Made by a program: the position numbers and the translations under genes. Shown piece after piece: positions 16,335-25,061 of a DNA stretch of 32,000 nt (positions are counted from its first letter, which is position 1; every line of letters begins with the position of its first letter). This DNA is from Alphaproteobacteria bacterium (GTDB lineage: Bacteria; Pseudomonadota; Alphaproteobacteria; Rs-D84), in contig WRCA01000003.1 of assembly GCA_009784275.1 (NCBI GenBank), forward strand, positions 38,817 through 70,816. The letters run 5' to 3'. The notes below the pieces were generated by a model. That model ran no database searches. It saw nothing but the letters and a program-made list of their open reading frames with translations, and was not told where the DNA came from.

Positions 16335-17588
16335 ATGTTTTCACGCTTAGAAAAGAAAATAGCCTTCCGTTATTTGCGGGCAAAGGGGCGCGGCTTTGGC
16401 AGCGTCATTTCATGGGTGTCATTGCTGGGAATTGCCTTGGGCGTTGCGACCTTGATAGTCGTGATGTCTGTCATGGGCGGATTCCATGACACCTTGCTTT
16501 CGCGCATAATCGGAATGAATGGACATGTAGTTGTATATCACCAAGGTGGCGCAATCGAAGACTATGATTTTCTGATTGAAAAAATGAAACAGAATAAAGT
16601 CGTGGCTGCAAATATTACAGGAATAGTTCCAATACTGGAAGGCCAGGTAATGGTAACCAACGACGGAAATAATTCCGGCGCAATGGTGCGCGGAATCAGA
16701 ATGACGGATCTGGCGAATAAGTTCGCAAACGAAACCAAAGTCTATGGCACACCGATTACGGAAGTAAAAGAAGGTCAGCTGGTTATGGGCAGGGCCTTGG
16801 CCAGAAATTTAAAAATCACATTGATGGATAATGCAACATTGGTATCAGCAAACGGTGGCACAGCAACGGCGTTTGGAACCATGCCGCGAATACAGTCTTA
16901 TCCTGTGGCAACCAGCTTCTTTGCAGGAATGTATGAGTATGATTCTGGCTATATCTTTATGCCATTGGAAACCGCGCAGAAATATTTGAACGCGCCGAGC
17001 GGGGTTTCGCATATCGACCTGTTCTTGAAAAATCCAGAATCTACCGCACGGGTGCGTGACGCGTTACAAGCCAGCCTGCCCGACGGATTTGTGGTGCGCG
17101 ATTGGCGTGATTTGAATCGCGGTTTTGTCGGCGCATTGCAAGTCGAAAGTAATGTGATGTTTCTTATCTTGATGCTTATCGTAATCGTTGCAGCGTTTAA
17201 TATAGTCTCAAGTCTTGTAATGCTTGTAAAAGATAAATCACGCGATATAGCAGTCTTGCGTACATTCGGCGTTTCACGCAAAAGCATGATGAAAATATTT
17301 ATTCTGGCGGGCAGCAGCATTGGAGTAATCGGCGCGTTCTTTGGAACATTGCTGGGTCTGCTGGTTGCGAAGTATATCGAACCTATACGACAATTCTTCC
17401 AGTGGTTAACAAGTCGCGATTTATTCCCCGCGGAATTGTATTACCTTTCAGAATTGCCGAACAAAATAGAATTCTGGAACGTGGCGGGAATTGCGTTTGT
17501 CGCGGTGGCATTGGCGTTTCTTGCAACATTATATCCGGCTTGGAAAGCCGCCAAAACCGACCCAGTGGAAGTGCTAAGGAATGAATAA
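16335..17588 (+). CDS. lipoprotein-releasing ABC transporter permease, LolC/LolE family
   Basis: 417 aa with a typical N-terminus (AFRYLRAKGRGFGSVISWVSLLGIALGVATLIVVMSVMGGF), a periplasmic loop and a C-terminal FtsX-like TM bundle. A GAGGA SD lies upstream, and lolD follows downstream. Confidence 0.92.
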   Translation: MFSRLEKKIAFRYLRAKGRGFGSVISWVSLLGIALGVATLIVVMSVMGGFHDTLLSRIIGMNGHVVVYHQGGAIEDYDFLIEKMKQNKVVAANITGIVPILEGQVMVTNDGNNSGAMVRGIRMTDLANKFANETKVYGTPITEVKEGQLVMGRALARNLKITLMDNATLVSANGGTATAFGTMPRIQSYPVATSFFAGMYEYDSGYIFMPLETAQKYLNAPSGVSHIDLFLKNPESTARVRDALQASLPDGFVVRDWRDLNRGFVGALQVESNVMFLILMLIVIVAAFNIVSSLVMLVKDKSRDIAVLRTFGVSRKSMMKIFILAGSSIGVIGAFFGTLLGLLVAKYIEPIRQFFQWLTSRDLFPAELYYLSELPNKIEFWNVAGIAFVAVALAFLATLYPAWKAAKTDPVEVLRNE

Positions 17589-18156
17589 AACGGAGGAACT
17601 TTTTGATATTTATAATCAAGACGGAACCAAAACAGGACGTATAGCGACAATGAAGGAGGTTATTGCAGAAGGACTAATTATAAATACCGCAAATGTATTT
17701 ATTGTAAATTCTTTAAATCAAGTTCTTTTGCACAAGGATGGAAAACCATCGCATTTATCTTTTAATAAATGGAGGTGTTCTGTCGCCGGAAAGAATAGTG
17801 CTGGCAATGACACATTGGAAACCGCGCGCCGCGAAACATTGGAAGAACTTGGACTTGATATTCCAAAAGATAAATTCCGGTTAATAAAAACGCGTTTTTA
17901 TGATGATGTCGACAGATACAAATTCCTGGTTGATGTTTATGTTGTGGGGAATATTGACAAATCAGAGGGGGGGGTAAATATTTCCTTTTCGATAAACGAT
18001 ATGAAAATAAACAAGGATGAAATTGCGGAAGTAAAATGGTTTAATCAAGACTATTTGCGTAATTGGAAAGAAAATGGCCTTGATGCGTATAACGGAAAGG
18101 GTAGAATTTTCGAAACCCATCTAAACGATTTGCTAGAATGGCTTGATAAAAAATAG
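17581..18156 (+). CDS. NUDIX-family hydrolase
   Basis: 191 aa. The Nudix box core is RRETLEELGL, preceded by GKNSAGNDTLETA. The N-terminus (ELFDIYNQDGTKTGR) resembles many Nudix/IDI-like enzymes. It overlaps the lolC/E stop by 8 nt. GC is visibly lower than in its neighbours. Confidence 0.8.
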   Translation: MNKTEELFDIYNQDGTKTGRIATMKEVIAEGLIINTANVFIVNSLNQVLLHKDGKPSHLSFNKWRCSVAGKNSAGNDTLETARRETLEELGLDIPKDKFRLIKTRFYDDVDRYKFLVDVYVVGNIDKSEGGVNISFSINDMKINKDEIAEVKWFNQDYLRNWKENGLDAYNGKGRIFETHLNDLLEWLDKK

Positions 18157-18166
18157 AGATAAAAAA

Positions 18167-18877
18167 ATGACATCGATATTGAAATCTTTGCAGAGTGTAA
18201 AAAAGCGTGCATCAGTGCTATCCGTGCGCGATATAAAGAAGACTTTTATGGAAGGCGGCCAACCCTTACATATTCTTCGCGGCGGCGGATTTGACCTTAT
18301 GCGTGGGGAAATCATCGCGCTGGTGGGACCATCTGGCTGTGGAAAGTCAACTTTGCTGCAATGCGTGGGATTGTTGGAAAGACCAAGCGGGGGGCAAATC
18401 ATTATCGCCGGCACGCCAACGCATAAAATGACCGAAGACCAACGCACGGCAATTCGTCGTACGAAGTTGGGGTTTGTTTATCAGCGTCATAATTTGCTGG
18501 AAGATTTCACAGCGCTTGAAAATGTAATGCTGCCGATGCTTGCGAATGGAATGGAAGAGGACGAGGCCAAAATCCGCGCAAAGAAATTATTAAAAGCCGC
18601 AAATGTTCTGCATCGCGCAAGCCACCGTCCAGGCGAAATGTCCGGCGGGGAACAACAGCGCACTGCTGTCGCGCGTTCCCTTGCTAATGAACCGGAAATA
18701 GTCCTTGCGGACGAGCCAACAGGTTCGCTTGACCCAGCGCATGCCGCGGGTGTTTTTGATTTACTTTTGAACTTAACAAAGCAAACGCGCATGTCAATGT
18801 TGTTTGTTACGCATGATATGAATCTGGCTAAACGTGCAGATAGAATTATTACGATCAAGAATGGAATAGTGGGCTAG
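18167..18877 (+). CDS. lolD: lipoprotein-releasing system ATP-binding protein LolD
   Basis: ORF 18143..18877. ATG 18167 avoids overlap with the NUDIX gene. Motifs present: Walker A GPSGCGKST, signature MSGGEQQR and Walker B VLADEPTGSLD. Confidence 0.92.
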   Translation: MTSILKSLQSVKKRASVLSVRDIKKTFMEGGQPLHILRGGGFDLMRGEIIALVGPSGCGKSTLLQCVGLLERPSGGQIIIAGTPTHKMTEDQRTAIRRTKLGFVYQRHNLLEDFTALENVMLPMLANGMEEDEAKIRAKKLLKAANVLHRASHRPGEMSGGEQQRTAVARSLANEPEIVLADEPTGSLDPAHAAGVFDLLLNLTKQTRMSMLFVTHDMNLAKRADRIITIKNGIVG

Positions 18878-18879
18878 TC

Positions 18880-19269
18880 ATGAAAAAGATTTTGCCTTTC
18901 GCGTTTTTACTTTTGCCTTTGCTGTGCGGCTGCAGTTGCCCGCAGCAAAAAACAAAACTGTCGCAAGAACAAAGAGATTATTGCGAGCAAAGGAAAGAAT
19001 GTCCGACTTGCGAACACTTCAACTCGGCCATTTTATTTGACGACGATTGCTGTATTAAAGAAGAGTACTTTGATATAGTAAAAGACGATATGGAATGCAT
19101 CGATAAAAACAAAGACGGCTGCGCGTCGCGCAAAGAATATGATGATTTCATGAGTTATTGGGCAAAACACACGCCAGAGTCAGGAATTTCATTGTGTGAA
19201 CAATATCGCGCGCACGTAAAAAACTCTAATCATCTGCGCGCGCCAAATCGTCATAAGCCTTATATTTAG
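18880..19269 (+). CDS. Cys-rich lipoprotein with EF-hand-like loop (hypothetical)
   Basis: 129 aa starting MKKILPFAFLLLPLLCGC|SC (lipobox). DKNKDGCASRKE fits the 12-residue EF-hand loop pattern (D1, N3, D5, G6, E12). The start is 2 nt after the lolD stop. The 3' end overlaps convergent addB by 44 nt. Confidence 0.7.
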   Translation: MKKILPFAFLLLPLLCGCSCPQQKTKLSQEQRDYCEQRKECPTCEHFNSAILFDDDCCIKEEYFDIVKDDMECIDKNKDGCASRKEYDDFMSYWAKHTPESGISLCEQYRAHVKNSNHLRAPNRHKPYI

Positions 19270-21625
19270 CGTCGGTGTTTTCGTAATACTCATAAGGCTC
19301 GGCGTCTTTGGAATATCGCCCGAACAATTCGGAAACCTTTTGAACAGATGTATCTATCATAGCCTGTGCTTGTTCGCCAGAATATTCTATCAGTTTCACA
19401 TCATTATTCTTTAATTGCAAGAATTGTATGATTTTTGCGCCACGCATGTATGCCTCTAGCGGCAATTGCGGCATATTCCCTTGCTCTAACTGGGATTTAT
19501 TGGGCGCAGAACCTGTCTTGATATCCAAAACAACATCATCCCAAACACGATCGGCAATCGCGCGCACTGCCCTGCCTGCAATTATTGTTTCCAATTTGGT
19601 TTCCGATTCTCCGCCCACAGATTCCGCCAGCATTTTTTCAACGGCGGGCGCGATTTCAAGAAACCTTTTATGCCAAAAGTGAAACAAAACACTGTCCGCC
19701 GGCAAGATTTTTTTAGCTTCTGAATCTAATTCTTCAATCAATGATAATTTGTGCTCTGTACTTTGTGCTCTGCGCTCTATAACACTATGCACCAAAGTTC
19801 CGAATTCTTTCGCGCCAGGCTCCGCCCACCAATCATCCTTTGGTTTCAAGCGCAGAATATGCTTGGCATAAAAAGCATAAGGATTATGAATCAGCAATTC
19901 TAATTCCGTGACATAAACAGGTGACCGATCTGCAGGAGGAGTCGGCGGCGAATAATCTAATGGTTTAAATGGGACATTATCGCGCACACGAACTGCTTCT
20001 AAAATTTCTTTTGATATTGCGCTTTTGCTTTCCGCTTTTCTTACAACCTCAATCCGTGATAAAAATCTTGATTCAGTTGTCTGTGCGCCGCCGCTGACTG
20101 TGCTGCGCAGCCAATAAGCTTCTCCGCCGCAAGACAGGTTTATAAAATCCATCGCCATAAGGGACACTTTGCGTTCCGGCGGCGGTAATCCTATTTCTTC
20201 CGCGATACGCCGCGGAAGCCAAGGATTTTCATACCCCAACGCTGGAAACATTCCTTCATTAAGTCCGGTGAGTATCACAATATCCGCGGTCTGCATGCGT
20301 GATTCAATCGTGCCCAAAACACGAACTTTGGCATCGTCATTCAGCGTGGGACGAATCTGAACAGAAGACAAAGAGTCAAGCACAACTGCGCGCGCATCCG
20401 ATGATTCCAACACAATCCCATTGCGTAATAAAATATCCGAAACTTCATTTAATTTCTCGATAACTGGCAAATCAGACTCGGAAAATTCCAAACTCATTTC
20501 ATCAATAAATTCAAATAAATTCCTTATCTTTCCTTTTGCCTTTTCATCAAAATTATTCAGAATCGCGCGACCGAATAAAGTCATGGCACCAGAGATTCCC
20601 CCAGAAAAATCCGCTTGTAAATCGCGATGAGCAAAAGCCTCTCGCAAGCGTTGATTTCCCGCCGCATCCGGGGTAATTACCAAAACAGTTTTATTTTGCG
20701 CGATTGCGCGTGCGACAATTTCTGCGGCAACCTCCGCTTCCTCACTTTCGCGATTACAATCAATTCGCTCGCACCGCAATGGAGTTTTTATGAACCGCGT
20801 GTTATTTGAAAAAGCATTATTAAAAAATTCAATCGCAGATTCGCCAACATCAATTGTATGAATTTCCTCTGGTGCAATTCCGATGCGTTCTAAAAACTTA
20901 ATCTCTGAATAATATGGACTGCAGAGGTTAATATTTTCAAGTTTCTGCTTACTGATTCCGCCCGGCAAAATAATATATCCGTTGTCCAGTCCCGCTACAA
21001 ACTCCATCAAATCCGAAGTGGCCGGAACAGATGCGGTAGAACCACAGATAATAATTCTGCCATTTATGTATTTTTGCAATACTTGAATCCAGTCCCGAAT
21101 ATCTTGATTTCTCTTTTGCGCTTCGGTGATTTTGTCTGGAAAAATACTGGGTAAAATGCTGTCCGCTAAAGTTAGAAATTCTGCCTTTTTCTGAAAGTGT
21201 TTTGCATATTTTTCATCAATCAGTTCAGACCATTTTTGCCCTTTGTTGTCTGTATTTTGCCCTTCGTTTTCGATATAATCCGCCATGCGAACCAAGTCAC
21301 GCGCGACAGTTAACGCCGTAGACAATCCCATGCCCTCTGCCGCATCCAGCATTTTTGCAAGAACCAAAATTCGTTCTTGGTTGGAAACAACATCGACGCC
21401 TTGCACATCTTCTTCTTCAACCTCTTCACCCAGTGCAACCAATTTCGGTAATAAAACTGCGCTGCCGGACTTGTCGGCAATAAATTTTTCAACAGTGCGA
21501 ATTGCGCGACGACTGGGAAGGAAGATTATGTCATCAGAAAAATCTCGACCGACCAGCAGCGACCACAACGCGTCACAAAGCCGTGCAGGATTGGATGCGC
21601 AAAAGATATTTTTATTTGCAGCCAA
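19226..21625 (-). CDS. addB: double-strand break repair protein AddB (alphaproteobacterial type, short)
   Basis: 799 aa. The N-terminus (DIIFLPSRRAIRTVEKFIADKSGSAVLLPKLVALGE) and the C-terminal PD-(D/E)xK-like nuclease region (GRAVRAIADRVWDDVVLDIKTGSAP...MPQLPLEAYM) match my recollection of alphaproteobacterial AddB. Confidence 0.85.
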   Translation of the reverse strand: MAANKNIFCASNPARLCDALWSLLVGRDFSDDIIFLPSRRAIRTVEKFIADKSGSAVLLPKLVALGEEVEEEDVQGVDVVSNQERILVLAKMLDAAEGMGLSTALTVARDLVRMADYIENEGQNTDNKGQKWSELIDEKYAKHFQKKAEFLTLADSILPSIFPDKITEAQKRNQDIRDWIQVLQKYINGRIIICGSTASVPATSDLMEFVAGLDNGYIILPGGISKQKLENINLCSPYYSEIKFLERIGIAPEEIHTIDVGESAIEFFNNAFSNNTRFIKTPLRCERIDCNRESEEAEVAAEIVARAIAQNKTVLVITPDAAGNQRLREAFAHRDLQADFSGGISGAMTLFGRAILNNFDEKAKGKIRNLFEFIDEMSLEFSESDLPVIEKLNEVSDILLRNGIVLESSDARAVVLDSLSSVQIRPTLNDDAKVRVLGTIESRMQTADIVILTGLNEGMFPALGYENPWLPRRIAEEIGLPPPERKVSLMAMDFINLSCGGEAYWLRSTVSGGAQTTESRFLSRIEVVRKAESKSAISKEILEAVRVRDNVPFKPLDYSPPTPPADRSPVYVTELELLIHNPYAFYAKHILRLKPKDDWWAEPGAKEFGTLVHSVIERRAQSTEHKLSLIEELDSEAKKILPADSVLFHFWHKRFLEIAPAVEKMLAESVGGESETKLETIIAGRAVRAIADRVWDDVVLDIKTGSAPNKSQLEQGNMPQLPLEAYMRGAKIIQFLQLKNNDVKLIEYSGEQAQAMIDTSVQKVSELFGRYSKDAEPYEYYENTDAKYKAYDDLARADD

Positions 21626-22175
21626 TGATTTTTCTAATTTCTTCTATGCCTATTTTTTTCTCTGCCGACGTTTCCAAAATCTCTGCGCATGCAGCTGGCC
21701 GCGGGGTTGAAATAATTTCAGTTTTTATATCCGCAATTTTTGACTTGTTAGATTTATCAATCTTCGTCAGAACAATCTGATAAGGCACGCCGTTTGCATC
21801 GCAGAAATCCATGATTTCTTTGTCGGATTTTTTAAGTTCATGCCGGGCATCAATTAAAATAAACAGCCGTTTTAGTTGCCCACGAGTTAATAAATATTCT
21901 TCCAAACGCGCCAACCAGCGTTCAACGTCTACCTTGGAAGTTTTCGCATAACCGTATCCAGGCAAATCCATCAAGGCCAGTCGATCGCCCCAATTGAAAA
22001 GATTCAGCGACTGCGTGCGTCCGGGCGTTTTTGAAGTGCGCGCAATTACGTTGCCCGCGATGGCATTAACCAATGAAGATTTTCCTACATTGCTTCGCCC
22101 GATAAACGCATATTCCGGGAAATGCGTCTTGGGTAAGGATTTAACTGTTTCAAAAGAACCAACAAATTTCACCAT
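21612..22175 (-). CDS. engB: ribosome biogenesis GTP-binding protein YihA/YsxC (EngB)
   Basis: 187 aa. G1 motif is GRSNVGKSSLVNAI, then DLPGYGYA and LTKIDK (G4). It overlaps the addB start by 14 nt. Confidence 0.92.
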   Translation of the reverse strand: MVKFVGSFETVKSLPKTHFPEYAFIGRSNVGKSSLVNAIAGNVIARTSKTPGRTQSLNLFNWGDRLALMDLPGYGYAKTSKVDVERWLARLEEYLLTRGQLKRLFILIDARHELKKSDKEIMDFCDANGVPYQIVLTKIDKSNKSKIADIKTEIISTPRPAACAEILETSAEKKIGIEEIRKIIGCK

Positions 22176-22177
22176 TA

Positions 22178-22630
22178 TTACATCCTATTGAAATATAATA
22201 CATTTTTGAGCGGCCATTGTTTCATAAACGCACGAACTTCTTTTTCAAGCACTGGATCAAGGCCCTTATCAAACTCACTTTTCCTAACCCACATATAGAC
22301 AATTGCATCGAAACCGTCTTTGTCATAAGGAAAAATATAAAAACAGCCCAGACATACTGATTCATCCGGCGACATAACAGTATATGCGAACGAAGTTCTT
22401 TCCTGGAATTCCTTTTGATGCCAGCCCAGATCTATCAAATCCTGTTCTAATGAAATATCAGCCTTTGGCCATGTAGATCCCGGCCCAAATACACCTTGCA
22501 AATGGTCGATAGAAGTGACAACCGCATCATAATCTTTCACGACATCATTTATTGTTAGCATCCTTGCCTTGATTTTATCGGCAAGAAATCCATCTGGAAT
22601 AATAAAGTTGTCAGGTATAAATTTTTTCAT
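22178..22630 (-). CDS. hypothetical protein, possibly GNAT-like acetyltransferase family
   Basis: 150 aa clean ORF, tightly packed between rsmI (4 nt overlap) and engB (2 nt gap). The pattern DYDAVVTSIDHLQGVFGPGSTWP...DLGWHQKEFQERTSFAYTVMSPDESVCLGCFYIFP resembles a family I recall being annotated as GNAT-like. The function is tentative. Confidence 0.75.
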   Translation of the reverse strand: MKKFIPDNFIIPDGFLADKIKARMLTINDVVKDYDAVVTSIDHLQGVFGPGSTWPKADISLEQDLIDLGWHQKEFQERTSFAYTVMSPDESVCLGCFYIFPYDKDGFDAIVYMWVRKSEFDKGLDPVLEKEVRAFMKQWPLKNVLYFNRM

Positions 22631-23427
22631 CTTACGCCCTTTAACACTTTCTCATATGCTTCCGATTTTGATAGACCCGTTCGGACGGAAATTTCAGCGG
22701 CGGCGGTTTTAGTATTCTGCGCACCTTTTACAACATCACGCACAATTTCGCCGATTTCTTCGTCAGACATTTTTGTTTCGGGTGCTGGTTCTATTACAAT
22801 TACGATTTCTCCGCGCCATTCTTTTCGTGGCATTAATTCCGCCGGATATCCTATAACTGTCTCTTCATGAATCTTTGTAATCTCTCGCACTATCGCAACG
22901 CGACGCTCTGGCATGATACGCGCAAGAATCGCCAAGGTATCCGAAACCCGCGCCGGGCTTTCATAGTAAATTATCGTATGGCGAATTTTATTGTCTTCCC
23001 GCAAATGCTTTTCATCTTTGAAAAATCCAAGAAAACTAAACCTGTCGGTTGGAAATCCAGACAACGCCAGCGCAGAAATCGCGGCCACAGGCCCCGGAAT
23101 TACAAACACAGGCAAACTTGCTGCGCGGCATTCACGTACCAACCTGAATCCTGGATCGCTGATGGTAGGCATCCCAGAATCGCTGACAATTGCAATCGCC
23201 ATGCCATTTTGAATCTTTGCAACCAGGTCGCTTGCGACTTCACGCTCGTTATGTTCATGGAATGCCATGCGCTTGGTTTTTATATTAAAATGTGCCGCCA
23301 ATTTACCGAATACACGGGTATCTTCGCAAGCAATCAAATCGACATCACGCAGAACCTCTATCGCCCGCGGCGACATATCCGACAGGTTCCCTATCGGCGT
23401 CCCTACGATATACAAACCGATTTGCAT
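22627..23427 (-). CDS. rsmI: 16S rRNA (cytidine1402-2'-O)-methyltransferase RsmI
   Basis: ORF 22627..23454. I prefer ATG 23427 (MQIGLYIVGTPIGNLSDMSPRAIEVLRDVDLIACEDTR), which has an AAGGA SD 6 nt upstream. It is divergent from an lpoA-like gene, as in the E. coli rsmI(yraL)/lpoA(yraM) pair. Confidence 0.92.
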   Translation of the reverse strand: MQIGLYIVGTPIGNLSDMSPRAIEVLRDVDLIACEDTRVFGKLAAHFNIKTKRMAFHEHNEREVASDLVAKIQNGMAIAIVSDSGMPTISDPGFRLVRECRAASLPVFVIPGPVAAISALALSGFPTDRFSFLGFFKDEKHLREDNKIRHTIIYYESPARVSDTLAILARIMPERRVAIVREITKIHEETVIGYPAELMPRKEWRGEIVIVIEPAPETKMSDEEIGEIVRDVVKGAQNTKTAAAEISVRTGLSKSEAYEKVLKGVR

Positions 23428-23472
23428 TGCGAATCCTTTGTGGTTATAATACACGAATGTAAGGGAATTTCA

Positions 23473-25035
23473 ATGTTTATAAAAAAGATTTTTATGGCCT
23501 GCTGCCTGCTGTTTGCGCTCTGTTCCTGCGGCACCCAGCAACAGTGGGGCACCCGCTATGGCCAAGGACCGGTGGGTGACGCGATAGAGCTGGATGCGCC
23601 ATCCCGCATATATGGCGGCGAAAGGAATATAGCGGTAATACTGCCGGATGGGGCCCTAGGCAAATCTGTGCGAACCGCTGTTGAAATGGCATTTATCCAA
23701 AAGCGCGCAAGCAATGTAAATGTTAATTTTATGGATTTGTCCGGCAGTGCTGATACACGCATGATCGCGATGGAAAACGCATTGAATCAAAGCCCGGACT
23801 TGATTATTGGACCTATATTTGCGGAAGACGCGGACATATTGCGTAATCTTAAATCATCGCGACTGCCGGTATTGTCTTTTACCTCTGACGCGACAGCATT
23901 GGGCAACGGAATTATGACCATGTCATTAATGCCTGCGCAAAGCGTCGAAACAATCGTTCGCCGCATGCCGACTGAAAACAAGCGGGAATTGCTGATCCTT
24001 GCGCCAGATAACGTATCCGGATATATTATGGGAAATGCGGCGCTCGATTCCGCATCAATCTATGGTATGCGTATTGCCGGATTGTATTATTATAAATCGG
24101 GGAATATGGATAGCATGAAGCATGCCGCCGAAGACGCCACTATGTTCAACGCCCGCAGCAATGCCAATACCCGTGCAAAAGAAATCCTTTCAGATATCCT
24201 TATGAAAAAGGAAGTCTCTGCCCCTGAAAAAGCTTTTGTATCCGCACAATTGGATGAAAGGAATAAGTCCGATACAATCGGCGATGTTCCGTATGATGCG
24301 GTCCTGTTCTTGGGGAACGCGGCGGACTCCAAGGCATTAGGGTCTTTCTTGCGGTATTATGACGCACCGGCAAAAAGGGTAAAGTTTTATGGAACCGCCA
24401 TGTGGGATAATGATGCGATGTTTCGCGATATGACATTCAGCGGCGCCAGCTATGCGGCGCTGCCCGCGATTTCGCCAGAGTTTGCAAATGCTTACCGCGA
24501 GATTACCGATACCGATCCGGAAAGAATAAGCTCCATGGGATATGACGCGGCAATGCTGGCAATACGCGCATTGGGGTCGGAAAATAGCGAGATGGAATTC
24601 TTGATGGATCCGTCGGGATTTCGCGGACTGGACGGACTAATAAGACTACGCCCGAATGGCACATCGGAACGCGCTTTGCAGGTAATGACCTTGGACGCCA
24701 GCGGAGCACCTAAAATAGCGGCATATGCGGCGACGAATTTTATAAAACCGCTTTATATGGTGACGGGCCAGAACAGATCAAGACCTTCGGAAATAAGATT
24801 GACCGCAGGGGTTAATCCTTTGGATTATATAAAATTGCCGGCCAGCGTGCGCGGACAGTACAGCGCGAAGACATACAGACAAAACGCTGACGTGCCACGC
24901 CCGATGCAAACCCAAACCGAAGAAGTAACAATATTGCCAGAAGACGATTCAGAACCGATAATCGATACAGAGTTCGAACCAATCGAATTAGAATCCGTCA
25001 GTAGAGTTTTGGTGGATGAGGTGCAGGTTAGATAA
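23473..25035 (+). CDS. penicillin-binding protein activator LpoA-like lipoprotein (periplasmic-binding-protein type I fold)
   Basis: ORF 22867..25035. Its 5' 606 nt are antisense to rsmI, so I use in-frame ATG 23473 (MFIKKIFMACCLLFALCSC|G, lipobox; AAGGGA SD). PBP-like motifs are present: IAVILPDGALGKSVRTAVEMAF, PDLIIGPIF. An acidic C-terminal tail follows. Confidence 0.85.
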   Translation: MFIKKIFMACCLLFALCSCGTQQQWGTRYGQGPVGDAIELDAPSRIYGGERNIAVILPDGALGKSVRTAVEMAFIQKRASNVNVNFMDLSGSADTRMIAMENALNQSPDLIIGPIFAEDADILRNLKSSRLPVLSFTSDATALGNGIMTMSLMPAQSVETIVRRMPTENKRELLILAPDNVSGYIMGNAALDSASIYGMRIAGLYYYKSGNMDSMKHAAEDATMFNARSNANTRAKEILSDILMKKEVSAPEKAFVSAQLDERNKSDTIGDVPYDAVLFLGNAADSKALGSFLRYYDAPAKRVKFYGTAMWDNDAMFRDMTFSGASYAALPAISPEFANAYREITDTDPERISSMGYDAAMLAIRALGSENSEMEFLMDPSGFRGLDGLIRLRPNGTSERALQVMTLDASGAPKIAAYAATNFIKPLYMVTGQNRSRPSEIRLTAGVNPLDYIKLPASVRGQYSAKTYRQNADVPRPMQTQTEEVTILPEDDSEPIIDTEFEPIELESVSRVLVDEVQVR

Positions 25036-25061
25036 ATTATCTTCTCAATAAAGGGCTTACT

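Noticed and set aside
22867-23472. 5' extension of the 722 aa plus-strand ORF (22867..25035)
   Set aside because: The first 202 codons are antisense to rsmI and give an Arg/His/Cys-rich nonsense-like sequence. An in-frame ATG at 23473, with an SD, is followed immediately by a lipoprotein signal peptide.
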